Source of the DNA: a virus
Taxonomy: Duplodnaviria > Caudoviricetes
Strand: one strand, 5' to 3'
DNA length: 61,014 bases
IMG/VR virus record: IMGVR_UViG_3300043567_000426
Coordinates: 1-61,014 of that record
Shown: positions 1-9,534 of the stretch, one piece after another
How the letters are laid out: each line of letters begins with the position of its first letter
How positions within the stretch are numbered: the stretch's first letter is position 1
Notes under the pieces: generated by a model
What the model saw: the letters and a program-made list of their open reading frames with translations, nothing else
Told to the model about the DNA's origin: nothing
The model's database searches: none
Translations under genes and position numbers: made by a program

Positions 1-1188
1 ATTTTATCAAATATACTTTTGTTCCTGGTATGGGTTTTTACGATATCGGTTTACTTCATATTTTGGGTAATACCACAAACGCGGTTACTGCCGCTTGGCG
101 CGAGATGCTCGATGCCGGCATGTATGCTAACTTCCCCGGCTTCCTTATGGCGGATACTGGCGCGCGTCAGAATACGAATATATTCCGCGTTCCGCCGGGC
201 GGTGGGGCGTTAGTTAAGACGGGCGGCATGCCAATCAATCAGGCCATTATGCCATTGCCTTACAAAGAGGCTGGAGCAGGCTTGATGAACCTTGTCACTA
301 ATATTGTTGAGACGGGACAACGCGTTGGCGGCACGGCTGAAGTTGCTGTTGGCGAAGGGCGCAACGATGCGCCTGTCGGAACAACGATTGCGTTGATTGA
401 TCAGGCGACGAAGGTTCTCAACTCAGTTCACAAGCGCATGCATGCTTCGCAGGCAGAAGAGTTCCAGTTGCTTGTGCGCTGCTTCCGCGAACATCCAGAA
501 AGCTTCTGGAAGAAATGCCGCAAGCCATCAATTCAATGGAGCGAAGCTATCTTCATGCAAGCAGTCAATGACTGCGAGCTTGTTCCGCAAGCAGATCCAA
601 ACACGGCAAGTCATACGCAGCGCGTCATGAAGATCATGGCGTTGAAGCAATTGCAGCAACAAAATCCAGCTATGTATGATCCAAAGGCGATCGACATGGC
701 GGCGTTGAAGGCGATGGGCTGGAGCAACCCAGAACAGTTTATGGTTCCGGCTGAGACGCAGCAACAAGTCCCGCCGGAAGTTCAGAAGGCGATGGCAGAG
801 CTTCAGATCTTGAAGCAGGAGGCAGACGCCAAAACGGCGGTAGCCCAGGCTTCGGTCCAGGAGTCGCAAGTCGATGGCCAAGCGCGTCTGATGGATGCAG
901 AGACCAAGCGCATCCTTGCGCAAGCCAAGTTGCAAGAGACGCAAGCTAAAAGCGGCGTAGAAGCGCCACGCGGCGAAGATCCTTGGCGCCAGGTAGACGC
1001 AGAAGCAAAGATGATGGACGCAGAGACGCGCCGCATACTTGCAGAGCTAAAGGCTGCCGATCTTGGTCTTAACGTAGATAAGATGCAGATGGAATCAGAT
1101 CACCGCGAAGCTGATCGCATTCTTGATTCGCATCATCGCGCTGCTGATCGTGCAACGCAGTTGGCTAAAAACATTAATCCTGTTGAGG
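1..1188 (+). repeat. Terminal duplication, copy 1 (matches 59827-61014)
   Basis: Direct comparison by eye; about 37 substitutions, first ~127 nt identical. Confidence 0.95.
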
Positions 1189-1196
1189 GTGAATAA
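1..1196 (+). CDS. Portal protein, C-terminal part (continuation of the gene starting at 58674 across the circular junction)
   Basis: In frame with the 58674 ORF through the terminal duplication; follows terminase in gene order; podovirus-like portal features (APVGTTIALI, helical Q-rich tail). Confidence 0.85.
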   Translation, partial: FIKYTFVPGMGFYDIGLLHILGNTTNAVTAAWREMLDAGMYANFPGFLMADTGARQNTNIFRVPPGGGALVKTGGMPINQAIMPLPYKEAGAGLMNLVTNIVETGQRVGGTAEVAVGEGRNDAPVGTTIALIDQATKVLNSVHKRMHASQAEEFQLLVRCFREHPESFWKKCRKPSIQWSEAIFMQAVNDCELVPQADPNTASHTQRVMKIMALKQLQQQNPAMYDPKAIDMAALKAMGWSNPEQFMVPAETQQQVPPEVQKAMAELQILKQEADAKTAVAQASVQESQVDGQARLMDAETKRILAQAKLQETQAKSGVEAPRGEDPWRQVDAEAKMMDAETRRILAELKAADLGLNVDKMQMESDHREADRILDSHHRAADRATQLAKNINPVEGE

Positions 1197-3640
1197 TGTC
1201 CCGCATCATTGAGCGCGCTCTATCAATCATTAATGATAATCTGAAGGATCAGACCACAAGCTTTGCTGATCCTGTCAGCATCAAGCCAATGGCGCGTGGC
1301 GGCGATGTTAAAGGCCGTATTTTGCAGGACGAATATCCTACGCATTATCTTCCGCATATCGGTCGCCAAGTGATGGCTGATGGCGGTGCACCTGTTAAGG
1401 GCTTTGAGGGACGCGTATTTAGCCCACCTCCTGTTGAGGAGCCTGTCTCCGCTGAAGGCGTAGAAGCTTATCACGGTTCTCCGCATGAGTTTGAAAATTT
1501 TGATATAAGCAAGATTGGCACGGGCGAAGGCGCGCAAGTTTATGGGCATGGACTATATTTTGCTGGGAATGAAAATGTAGCAAAGTATTATAGAGACTCT
1601 CTTACTGATCCCGACAATGTTCCTTTGCATTTTAAGGGAAAGCCTGTTGATACAGTTTGGAATGATGAAATATCTGATCGATGGAAAGATATTGTAAAAA
1701 AATTACCAAAAGATCATGAGGATGATTTTCAAACAGTTATGGGTAATCTTTCTCAAATTAACAATATGTCTGACCTAAAGCATATTCGCGCTAATTTAGA
1801 TCGCAAACAAAATAATATTCTTGATAAAATTGTTTTACCGGAACTTTCTAAACCAGAGATAGGTTCCGGTCATATGTATGAAGTTCGTATTGATGCGCAT
1901 CCAGAAGAACATTTGCTTGATTGGGATAAGCCACTAAAGGATCAGCATCCTAATGTTCTAGCTGCATTTAACAAATCTGTTATTCCTATTAAAGATGACG
2001 AAGATAAGATGATACATGAGATGTATGGCAATAAGGCCGCTCATGAATATCTTGGGTTATTTGATAGAAGCAAGGGCTCTCAGGCATATAAGACGTTTGC
2101 TGAACATCTTGGTGGACCTGAGAAAGCAAGCGCCGCCTTGGCAGAAGCTGGCATTCGCGGCATCCGTTATCTTGATGCTGGCTCACGCGGTCAAGATGAG
2201 CAAAGCGGCTCGCATAACTACGTCATATTTGATCCGAAGCACATTAAGATCAAGCGCCGTTATGCAGAAGGCGGAGAGATTCCAGAAAAGGATGATGAGG
2301 GAATAGCAGCTTATGCTTTTGGTAATTCTATCCCGCATCTTGATCAAAGAATAAAAAATGAATATCAAGGTTCGCATCAATCTCCAGGGCCAGAAAATGG
2401 CGCGCCTTTATGGAGAATGCATGATTTATATCCAGATGATTTATATTCCTCAAATGGATTTAGATATTACGCAGATTATGGCCTCCCTTACGATAGAGAA
2501 GGGTATAACAGGGCGATATCCTATGTAAATCGGCCAAATAGCTTCGTAACAATTTATAGGGCGGTTCCTAAAGATACTTCTATTAAAAATATAAATCCAA
2601 GTGATTGGGTTACTTTAACAAGAAGCTACGCAAAAGATCATGGAGAATCCACTCTTGGGGGCGAATATAAGATATTAAAAAAAATGGTTAGAGCCAGAGA
2701 TCTTTTTACTCATGCAGATTCTATCCATGAATTTGGATACAATCCACAGCCTCGCGTATCTGATGACGAAATAGTTTCAAGAATGTCCGATGAAGAGGCT
2801 AAAAATAAATTAGAAAGATTGTCTCCACAGGCAAGGACCACCTTAAAGCGAGCTCTTGAAAATAGATTAGCGCCAAAGAAAGCATACGGCGGAGATGTTG
2901 AAGATAACGATATTCAACTTTCTCCTGATGCTGAGGCCATAGATGAAATGCCTGATCAGGCGTTCAATTCTGCCAAGACATCACGCAATCAGATCCCTGC
3001 ATTGTTTAATAGCCCAGCGTTTGAACGCAATAAAGGAAGCCGCAATCTAGATTACGGCGGTGGCGCTTTCGACAAGGGATCAGAATATCTTGCGCAAGAG
3101 CATGGCGTTGATAGCCAAGTTTACGATCCTTTCAATCGATCAAAAGAGCATAATGATTTTGTATTGAAGGGCTTTAAGAAAGAACCCGCAGATACAGCAA
3201 CAGTTGCAAATGTGCTTAATGTGATTGCGGAGCCAGAAGCTCGTATGCATGTCATTAAACAAGTCCATCAACATATTAAGCCAGACGGCAAAGCTTACTT
3301 CACAGTTTATGAAGGCGACGGGAAAGATAAGAACAGCGGCAACTCGCGCATGACGCGCGATGGCTGGCAAGAGAATCGCCCAACGCATTCTTATGTCGAA
3401 GAGATCAAGCAAGTGTTCCCTGATGTGCGTCTTTCCGGCAAGACGATCATCGCCAGTAAAAAGCCAGCGAAAGCTTACGGTGGCTCTATCCCTGGACCAA
3501 AGCTTACGGAAGAAAACGCCGATGACTTTGCGCGTCGTTTGATCGCTTGGACGTTCGCCACGGCGCCACTGTTCCAGCGCGCTGCTGGCGGCTCTGTTAT
3601 TGATGATCCACTTGATGTATTATCCAAACTTCGCCGTTGA
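1196..3640 (+). CDS. Multidomain polyvalent-type virion protein: two ADP-ribosyltransferase-like domains plus a C-terminal SAM-methyltransferase-like domain
   Basis: YHGSPHEF..F....IGTGEGAQVYGHGLYF motif; second VTIYRAVP...NPSDWVTL motif; LDYGGG...YDPF...NVLNVI motif; domains separated by A-x-GG motifs. Confidence 0.6.
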   Translation: MSRIIERALSIINDNLKDQTTSFADPVSIKPMARGGDVKGRILQDEYPTHYLPHIGRQVMADGGAPVKGFEGRVFSPPPVEEPVSAEGVEAYHGSPHEFENFDISKIGTGEGAQVYGHGLYFAGNENVAKYYRDSLTDPDNVPLHFKGKPVDTVWNDEISDRWKDIVKKLPKDHEDDFQTVMGNLSQINNMSDLKHIRANLDRKQNNILDKIVLPELSKPEIGSGHMYEVRIDAHPEEHLLDWDKPLKDQHPNVLAAFNKSVIPIKDDEDKMIHEMYGNKAAHEYLGLFDRSKGSQAYKTFAEHLGGPEKASAALAEAGIRGIRYLDAGSRGQDEQSGSHNYVIFDPKHIKIKRRYAEGGEIPEKDDEGIAAYAFGNSIPHLDQRIKNEYQGSHQSPGPENGAPLWRMHDLYPDDLYSSNGFRYYADYGLPYDREGYNRAISYVNRPNSFVTIYRAVPKDTSIKNINPSDWVTLTRSYAKDHGESTLGGEYKILKKMVRARDLFTHADSIHEFGYNPQPRVSDDEIVSRMSDEEAKNKLERLSPQARTTLKRALENRLAPKKAYGGDVEDNDIQLSPDAEAIDEMPDQAFNSAKTSRNQIPALFNSPAFERNKGSRNLDYGGGAFDKGSEYLAQEHGVDSQVYDPFNRSKEHNDFVLKGFKKEPADTATVANVLNVIAEPEARMHVIKQVHQHIKPDGKAYFTVYEGDGKDKNSGNSRMTRDGWQENRPTHSYVEEIKQVFPDVRLSGKTIIASKKPAKAYGGSIPGPKLTEENADDFARRLIAWTFATAPLFQRAAGGSVIDDPLDVLSKLRR

Positions 3641-3685
3641 TGGGCGAGACGGGGACGCCCGTAAAAATCCGGCCGGAGAACAAGA

Positions 3686-4963
3686 ATGTATGAATTAGCT
3701 AAAAGCTCACGCGATAAGATGAAGGCGAAAGCCCGTCGTCTCGCTAACCCAGGTGACTATTACAAAGACCAAGAGGTCTCCAGCGCGGATTGGTCTCCAG
3801 CGCCTCCTCTCAAAACTGAGATGAAGACCGGCGCGCGTCCAATTATGAAGCCATCGTCCAAAGGCACAGGCGAATCATACGCCGCTCGCGATACGAAAAA
3901 GGCTATTGGCGCAGACATGAAGCGCGGCGCTTTTAAAGCCGGCGGCGCTGTAAAAGGCAGCAAGATTCCTTCCGCAGAAGAGACGCTATCCACAAAAGCG
4001 ATCGTTGGTTCTAACCCTATTAAGCCAACGCGCGGCGCAGCTGGCCACTATAAAAAAGGCGGCGCGGTTAAAAAGGCTGATGGCGGCGATGTTGATGCTT
4101 CAAAAGCTCCGCAAAGAACCACAGCTTCGCAAAATGTTTATTCGCCTAAATATAATGAAGATGCTGTAAACAAAGCGATTGCTTCATCAAATAGATCTGG
4201 CCAACGCATTAGCGGCAAAGAATCATCGGCTATTAAAGCTTTGTTGAAGGGCCGCACTGGCCGCGCTGGCGGTGGATCGGCTCTTGAAAAAATGGTCGGC
4301 AAACCAAAAACCGGCAGCGACATGAGCCAAGTCGGAAAGATGGGAACTGCTAACTATACGCAAGAAGAGAAGGGCGCTCTTAATCGCGTATTAAACAAAG
4401 AAGATTCGTTGCCAGAACCAGCTGAAGCAGCAGAGCGTTCCGGAAAATATCAAAACTACAAGAAGGGTGGCCGTGCAGAACGCAAAGCAGGCGGCCGCAC
4501 TCGCGCCAAGGGCAAGACGAATATTAACATCGTTATCGCCGCTGGCCGCAAAGCTGGCCCAGAAGCTCCAGCGTTGGATATGGCCGCTGGCATGCCTTCG
4601 GCTCCTGCAAACATTCCTGTGCCTATGCCAGGCGCTGGCGCTCCGCCTCCAGCTGCAATGCCTATGGGCGGCCCTCCAGGCGCTCCTACGCCAGGCATTC
4701 CAGGTCTGCCTCCAGGCCGGAAGGCTGGCGGCCGCATCACCAAGATTGCAAGCTCATACAAGGATATGCAGGCTGGCTCTGGCAGCGGCGAAGGCCGTTT
4801 GCAGAAAACTGATATCGCCAAGAAGCATCATGACGCGCCTGCGCGTAAGGCTGGCGGCAAGGTCTACAGTTCCTATAAGGACATGGATGCGGGTGCTGGT
4901 TCCGGTCCCGGTCGTCTAGAAAAGACTGAGATCGAAAGGAAACAGAGAGCTCGCGGCAAGTAA
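3686..4963 (+). CDS. Basic Lys/Gly-rich low-complexity protein, probable internal virion protein
   Basis: GGAG RBS; repeated (R/K/Y)-K/A-x-GG motifs; duplicated C-terminal SSYKDMxAGxGSGxGRL segment. Confidence 0.55.
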   Translation: MYELAKSSRDKMKAKARRLANPGDYYKDQEVSSADWSPAPPLKTEMKTGARPIMKPSSKGTGESYAARDTKKAIGADMKRGAFKAGGAVKGSKIPSAEETLSTKAIVGSNPIKPTRGAAGHYKKGGAVKKADGGDVDASKAPQRTTASQNVYSPKYNEDAVNKAIASSNRSGQRISGKESSAIKALLKGRTGRAGGGSALEKMVGKPKTGSDMSQVGKMGTANYTQEEKGALNRVLNKEDSLPEPAEAAERSGKYQNYKKGGRAERKAGGRTRAKGKTNINIVIAAGRKAGPEAPALDMAAGMPSAPANIPVPMPGAGAPPPAAMPMGGPPGAPTPGIPGLPPGRKAGGRITKIASSYKDMQAGSGSGEGRLQKTDIAKKHHDAPARKAGGKVYSSYKDMDAGAGSGPGRLEKTEIERKQRARGK

Positions 4964-5047
4964 TTGCAGCGATCGGGGTCGGTCGTCATCCCCCTTTATG
5001 ACGGCCGGCCTCATTAAATTTAAAGGGACCAGTGAAAGGGGCTGGTT

Positions 5048-5260
5048 GTGGCGACGTATACAAGAACCCATATGTTTGAGCATGAGCTCAAAAAACTTAT
5101 TGAGATCGAAATCGAAAGACTGAAAGAGAATATGTCTCTTGGTTTAATCTCAGATCATGAAGAATACCGGCAGATTGCTGGGAAGATCGCGGGTTTGCGC
5201 CTCGCGATTGAATATATGGCTGAAGCAGACGCCATATGTAACGGTAAAGCGCGAGACTAA
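5048..5260 (+). CDS. Hypothetical protein
   Basis: 70-aa helical ORF between head genes, purine-rich leader. Confidence 0.55.
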   Translation: MATYTRTHMFEHELKKLIEIEIERLKENMSLGLISDHEEYRQIAGKIAGLRLAIEYMAEADAICNGKARD

Positions 5261-5277
5261 CGAAAGGGGAACCCATA

Positions 5278-5670
5278 ATGTCAGCCATGTTGATGGATCA
5301 TGAGATTGATCCAAAAGAAAAGATTTTAAAAGAGCTTGGAGATCTGTCCAATATAGAAATATTCAACAATCAGATTCTTGTCGCCGTCTATGTGCGCCCA
5401 GAAAAAACTAAGAGCGGCTTGTATCTTTCTGATTCGATGCGCTCAGAAGACCAATTTCAAGGCAAAACTGGCTTGTTAGTTGGCATGGGGCCGGCTGCTT
5501 TTAATGATGAAAGCGGTCAGTGGTTCAATAACGCCAGTTTTAATCTGCATGATTGGCTTGTGTTCCGGCCTTCTGATGGCTGGAGCATAAAAGTTAACGG
5601 CGTTTTGTGTCGAATGATGGCTGATACGCAAGTAAAGGCAAGAATTTCCGGCCCAGATCAGGTTTGGTGA
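5278..5670 (+). CDS. GroES/Cpn10-like co-chaperonin
   Basis: QILV...PEKTKSGLYL mobile-loop-like motif followed by G.LVGMGPAAF; located in the head cluster. Confidence 0.75.
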   Translation: MSAMLMDHEIDPKEKILKELGDLSNIEIFNNQILVAVYVRPEKTKSGLYLSDSMRSEDQFQGKTGLLVGMGPAAFNDESGQWFNNASFNLHDWLVFRPSDGWSIKVNGVLCRMMADTQVKARISGPDQVW

Positions 5671-5680
5671 GGAGAATTAT

Positions 5681-6601
5681 ATGTCTGATGAACAAGAACA
5701 TATTGAAGTAGAGCTAGAAGAGCCAAAAAAGGACGATGAGCTTAAAGTTGAGGTCAAAGATGACCCAGAACCAGAGAAAAAAGCGAAGAAAGCTGAGAAA
5801 ACTGAAGAAGTAGCGCCAGAAGACGGCATTCAAGAGCTTAAAAAGCGCCTTGAACAAGAAAAGCAGGCTCGCATTGAGGCTGAACGCCGCGCGCATCAGG
5901 CAAATAACCAGATCAACAAGGCTTACCAAGAGGTAAAAGATACAAATTACCAGTTGGTGACGAATGCGATTGAGACGGTAAAGAGCCGCGCTGAAATGTT
6001 GAAGAACGCCTACCGCGAATCAATGTCGGTTAGCGATTTTGACAAGGCTGCTGATATCCAACAGGCGATGATTGAGAATGATCGTCAGTTGTCTGATCTG
6101 AAAAGAGGCGAAAAAGCCCTCAAAGAGCAAATGGAGGAATCCAATGCTCAACCAGTGCGGCCAGTATCGCCTCCAGCCGCAGATCCTATTGAGCAAATGG
6201 CGCAAGCCGTTTCTCCAGCGTCTGCTGCTTGGCTGCGAGATAACCGCGACAACTTAAAAGATGAGCGCAGCATCAGAAAAATGTTCCGCGCGCATGAAGA
6301 CGCTCTTGATGAAGGTATCTTGGCGGATACGCCAGAATATTTTGGCTTCATTGAGCAACGCCTTGGCGTTCGCAGATATGAAGAAGAGGCTCCAGAGCCA
6401 TTGTCTGCCGCTTCGGCGCCAGCACCTCGCAAGTCAGTATCGCCTCCAGCTGCTCCTGTCTCTCGCGGTAACGGAACGCGCCCTGGCGTTGTCCGTTTGA
6501 CAAGGGAACAGGCTGATACGGCTAAAATGATGGGCATGACTGAAAAGGAATATGCCACGGCCATGCTGGCGCTTCGCGAAGAAGGCAAGCTTACACATTA
6601 A
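5681..6601 (+). CDS. Probable capsid scaffolding protein
   Basis: Acidic N-terminus, coiled coil, Pro/Ala linker, C-terminal VRLTREQ..AK.MGMT.KEYA; upstream of the capsid genes. Confidence 0.7.
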   Translation: MSDEQEHIEVELEEPKKDDELKVEVKDDPEPEKKAKKAEKTEEVAPEDGIQELKKRLEQEKQARIEAERRAHQANNQINKAYQEVKDTNYQLVTNAIETVKSRAEMLKNAYRESMSVSDFDKAADIQQAMIENDRQLSDLKRGEKALKEQMEESNAQPVRPVSPPAADPIEQMAQAVSPASAAWLRDNRDNLKDERSIRKMFRAHEDALDEGILADTPEYFGFIEQRLGVRRYEEEAPEPLSAASAPAPRKSVSPPAAPVSRGNGTRPGVVRLTREQADTAKMMGMTEKEYATAMLALREEGKLTH

Positions 6602-6612
6602 TGGAGATATAG

Positions 6613-7197
6613 ATGGAAACTGTAATTAAGCGTAACCCACGCCCTCGCGGCCTTCTCAATCTGAAGGCTGATGAGCCAGCTGTGGCTACAGAAGCGCCAC
6701 AAGATACGTTGAGAGGCCCTATGCGCGAAGAAGATTCTTTATCAAGAGCCGCCCAGCGCGCCGCAGAATTGCGTGGGCATTTGAAGGATGAAGTCAGCGA
6801 TTCTGAAGACAAGTTCTTCATTGACATTGATATCATCCCAGACGGCTGGACGTATGAATGGAAGCGCCACACCATTTATGGAGAAGAAGATCCTGCCTAT
6901 CAGGTTCAACTAGCCCGCGCAGGCTGGACGGCTGTCCCTGTTCATCGCCATCCTAACATGATGCCGCACAATACTGACCATAAGGTCATTACGCGTGACG
7001 GCATGATTCTGATGGAATGCCCGACGGAAATCATTGATGAGCGCCGTCGCAATGAATTGGTCAAAGCGCGCAATCAAGTTCGCCATAAAGAGGCGCAGCT
7101 TGCTGGAACGCCTGATGGAACGCTTACGCGCGATCATGCCCAGGTTAAGCCAAACATCAAGAAATCGTTTGAGGCTATGCCTGTTCCTGAGAAGTAA
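6613..7197 (+). CDS. Hypothetical head-region protein
   Basis: GGAG RBS; IPDGWTYEWKR...GW.AV...GMILME pattern typical of the gene after the scaffold in this kind of phage. Confidence 0.6.
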   Translation: METVIKRNPRPRGLLNLKADEPAVATEAPQDTLRGPMREEDSLSRAAQRAAELRGHLKDEVSDSEDKFFIDIDIIPDGWTYEWKRHTIYGEEDPAYQVQLARAGWTAVPVHRHPNMMPHNTDHKVITRDGMILMECPTEIIDERRRNELVKARNQVRHKEAQLAGTPDGTLTRDHAQVKPNIKKSFEAMPVPEK

Positions 7198-7308
7198 AAA
7201 GATAATAAAACGCTTTTCTTATTACCCAAAAATAGAGCCGTCGGAAGAAATTTCGGGGGCTCTTTACTTTTAAGTCTATGTTTGCAATAATTACTACAGG
7301 CTATCTAT

Positions 7309-7400
7309 AAGCGCGCTCCCGGTGCAGTTGCGCTTGCCCCGTCTCCCCCGGTGCGGAGATATTAACCAATCCCCGGTTCTATACTCGCCCCGGCGCGCGA
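7309..7400 (+). promoter_or_regulatory. Three hairpins with the same 8-nt loop CCCGGYGC in the capsid-operon leader
   Basis: 7309-7335 (aagcgc/gcgctt stem), 7342-7359 (tctcc/ggaga) and 7385-7400 (tcgc/gcga): stems differ, loops are conserved. Confidence 0.6.
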
Positions 7401-7431
7401 TGATGAGCCTCCTATATAAGGAGAACCCGTC

Positions 7432-8016
7432 ATGGCGAATACGTTCGCGCCTTTCGGTTTTCGTCAGTATAGCGGGAACGGCTCTGCCCCGACTTATGAA
7501 CAAGTCGAGATGCAGATTGCTTCCAACTATACGACTGCTATTTTCTTTGGTGACGCTGTCCTTCAAGACACTAACGGCACGATCACGCGCGCTGGCGATG
7601 CGCCAACGACGCAGCTTGCTGGCGTGTTCCAAGGCTGTAAATATCTTTCAACGTCTCAGAAGCGCACTGTTTGGTCAAACTACTGGCCGGGCTCAGACAA
7701 CAATGGCGTTGTCTATGCTTACGTCGTAAACGATCCAAACGCTCGTTTCCTTGTGCAAGCTGGCAGCACCACGAATGTGACGCAGGCTGGCGTTGGCGCC
7801 TCAATTTCGCTTGCTGGCGGCTCCGCTGGTAACACGGCGAACGGCATCTCTGGCATGTATGTTGAAACGCTTGGAACGTCTTCGACGGCTCCTTTCCGCG
7901 TCATCAGTCTTGTCACTGACCCGCCAGGTTCAAACGGCACCGATACGGCCTCGAATGCTAACTACGTTATTGTTGGCTTCTTGAACGTCTCGACCAAGAC
8001 GCTTGTCACAATCTAA
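7432..8016 (+). CDS. Capsid-associated (decoration/cement-like) protein
   Basis: AAGGAG RBS; beta-rich; immediately upstream of the major capsid gene. Confidence 0.6.
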   Translation: MANTFAPFGFRQYSGNGSAPTYEQVEMQIASNYTTAIFFGDAVLQDTNGTITRAGDAPTTQLAGVFQGCKYLSTSQKRTVWSNYWPGSDNNGVVYAYVVNDPNARFLVQAGSTTNVTQAGVGASISLAGGSAGNTANGISGMYVETLGTSSTAPFRVISLVTDPPGSNGTDTASNANYVIVGFLNVSTKTLVTI

Positions 8017-8029
8017 GGAGTAAGGACCA

Positions 8030-8941
8030 ATGGCTGTTAATCTTTCTGCCATTAAAGACCTTCTCCTCCCCGGTCTCCGTGGGGTTGAAGGCAAATACGA
8101 GCAGATCCCGTCGCAATACGACAAGATCTTCACGAAGCATGATTCAAAAATGGCTTTGGAACGCACCGCTGAAATGCGCTTCCTTGGTCTTGCACAGCTG
8201 AAAACCGAAGGCGCTCAGACCGCTTTCGATAACGGCGCTGGCGAACGCTACGTCTATAACCAAGAGCATACTGAAATTGCTCTAGGCTATGCGATTACGC
8301 GTAAGGCAATCGATGATAACCTGTATAAGACACAGTTTATGCCATCGAACCTTGGCCTTATTGAATCGTTCCAGCAGACGAAGGAAATTTACGGCGCCAA
8401 CGTGTTAAACACGGCGACGACGTATAATGCTTCGATCGGCGGTGACGGTAAGGCCCTTATCGCTACAGACCATCCTATCGATGGCGGCACGGTTGCTAAC
8501 CGTCCTGCGGTTGATGTTGATCTGAACGAAGCGACGTTGTTGAACGGCATGATTTCGATCAGAACAAACTTTAAAGACCAAGCTGGTCTTAAAGTATTTG
8601 CTCGCGGTCGTCGTCTTGTTGTTCCGCCTGCTCTGGAACCAGTTGCAATTCGTCTTACTAAGACTGAACTGCGCCCAGGAACGGCAGATAATGACGTCAA
8701 TGCGATCATGATGACTGCTGGCGGATTGCCAGAAGGCTACATGGTCAACGACTATCTGACGTCTGCTCGTGCATGGTTCTTGCTCACGAACATTGATGGG
8801 CTCTCATATATGGAGCGCGTAAAGTTCGAGTCCGACATGCAAGTCGATTTTGTGACTGACAACTTACTCGTAAAGGGTTATGAACGTTACAGTTTCGGCT
8901 ATTACAACTGGCGTTCGATCTTCGGATCTTTCCCAACGTAA
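8030..8941 (+). CDS. Major capsid protein (Mu gpT-like, HK97 fold)
   Basis: 303 aa; LLLPGL N-terminus, K.EG....D, ALGYAIT..AIDDNLY, LVVPPALE, RYSFG..NWR..FGS. Confidence 0.85.
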   Translation: MAVNLSAIKDLLLPGLRGVEGKYEQIPSQYDKIFTKHDSKMALERTAEMRFLGLAQLKTEGAQTAFDNGAGERYVYNQEHTEIALGYAITRKAIDDNLYKTQFMPSNLGLIESFQQTKEIYGANVLNTATTYNASIGGDGKALIATDHPIDGGTVANRPAVDVDLNEATLLNGMISIRTNFKDQAGLKVFARGRRLVVPPALEPVAIRLTKTELRPGTADNDVNAIMMTAGGLPEGYMVNDYLTSARAWFLLTNIDGLSYMERVKFESDMQVDFVTDNLLVKGYERYSFGYYNWRSIFGSFPT

Positions 8942-8950
8942 ATCAAATAA

Positions 8951-8976
8951 AAGTGGGCTCTTTAATGAGCCCACTT
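8951..8976 (+). terminator. Hairpin after the capsid gene (possible terminator or stabiliser)
   Basis: aagtgggctc-tttaat-gagcccactt inverted repeat; poor U-tract on the + strand. Confidence 0.5.
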
Positions 8977-8992
8977 CCATCTTGGAACATCA

Positions 8993-9055
8993 GTTACGTT
9001 GACCGTCCAAGCGGACTCTGCACAGACAACGTAATTAAACCTTGTGCAGAAGGAG
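8993..9055 (+). ncRNA. Pseudoknotted RNA element downstream of the capsid gene (Mu-gpT-DE-like candidate)
   Basis: gttacgttg 8993-9001 pairs with caacgtaat 9027-9035; gtcc/ggac hairpin; tctgcaca 9017-9024 pairs with tgtgcaga 9043-9050, directly before the AGGAG RBS. Confidence 0.55.
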
Positions 9056-9063
9056 TAAATTAA

Positions 9064-9522
9064 ATGGGAACGACTACGTTCACCGGCCCTATAAAGGCTG
9101 GCAATGTTCTTGATACAACTGGAACGACAGTTGGCTCAATCAAGAATGTTGGTTTTTGCCTTATGGCTCAATCGGCTGACATTGTTCAGTCAACGACATC
9201 AGCGCAGACTGCAATTACAATTCCTGCAAACAGCACGATCGTTAGCATTGACGTTCTTGTTGATGTTGCATGGTCGAGCGCGACGACGACTTACACATTA
9301 AGCGTTGGAACGTCATCAACTGCTACTGAGTTAGTTGCTGCGACGAATGCGAATGCTGTTGGCTTGCTTTCTCTTAATCCAGGCACTGATGCTACGCGCA
9401 CTGGCGTTTGGCAGGATGTTGGCACATCTGATGTTGCTATCTGGATTGATAGCGGCGCCCCAAGTGCTACGCCTGGCGCAGGCAAGCTGATCGTTACATA
9501 CATTCAAGCAAACAACGCTTAA
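9064..9522 (+). CDS. Virion structural protein (beta-rich)
   Basis: MGTTTFTGPIKAG N-terminus; Thr/Ser/Val-rich; follows the capsid gene. Confidence 0.6.
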   Translation: MGTTTFTGPIKAGNVLDTTGTTVGSIKNVGFCLMAQSADIVQSTTSAQTAITIPANSTIVSIDVLVDVAWSSATTTYTLSVGTSSTATELVAATNANAVGLLSLNPGTDATRTGVWQDVGTSDVAIWIDSGAPSATPGAGKLIVTYIQANNA

Positions 9523-9534
9523 TAGGAGATTACA

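Noticed and set aside
1-1188. True direct terminal repeat or a second portal gene
   Set aside because: It starts and ends mid-gene and closes in frame; best explained by circular overlap of two alleles.
4976-5009. Long hairpin after the 3686 gene as a novel ncRNA
   Set aside because: A single stem-loop directly after a stop codon; an ordinary terminator or stabiliser explains it.
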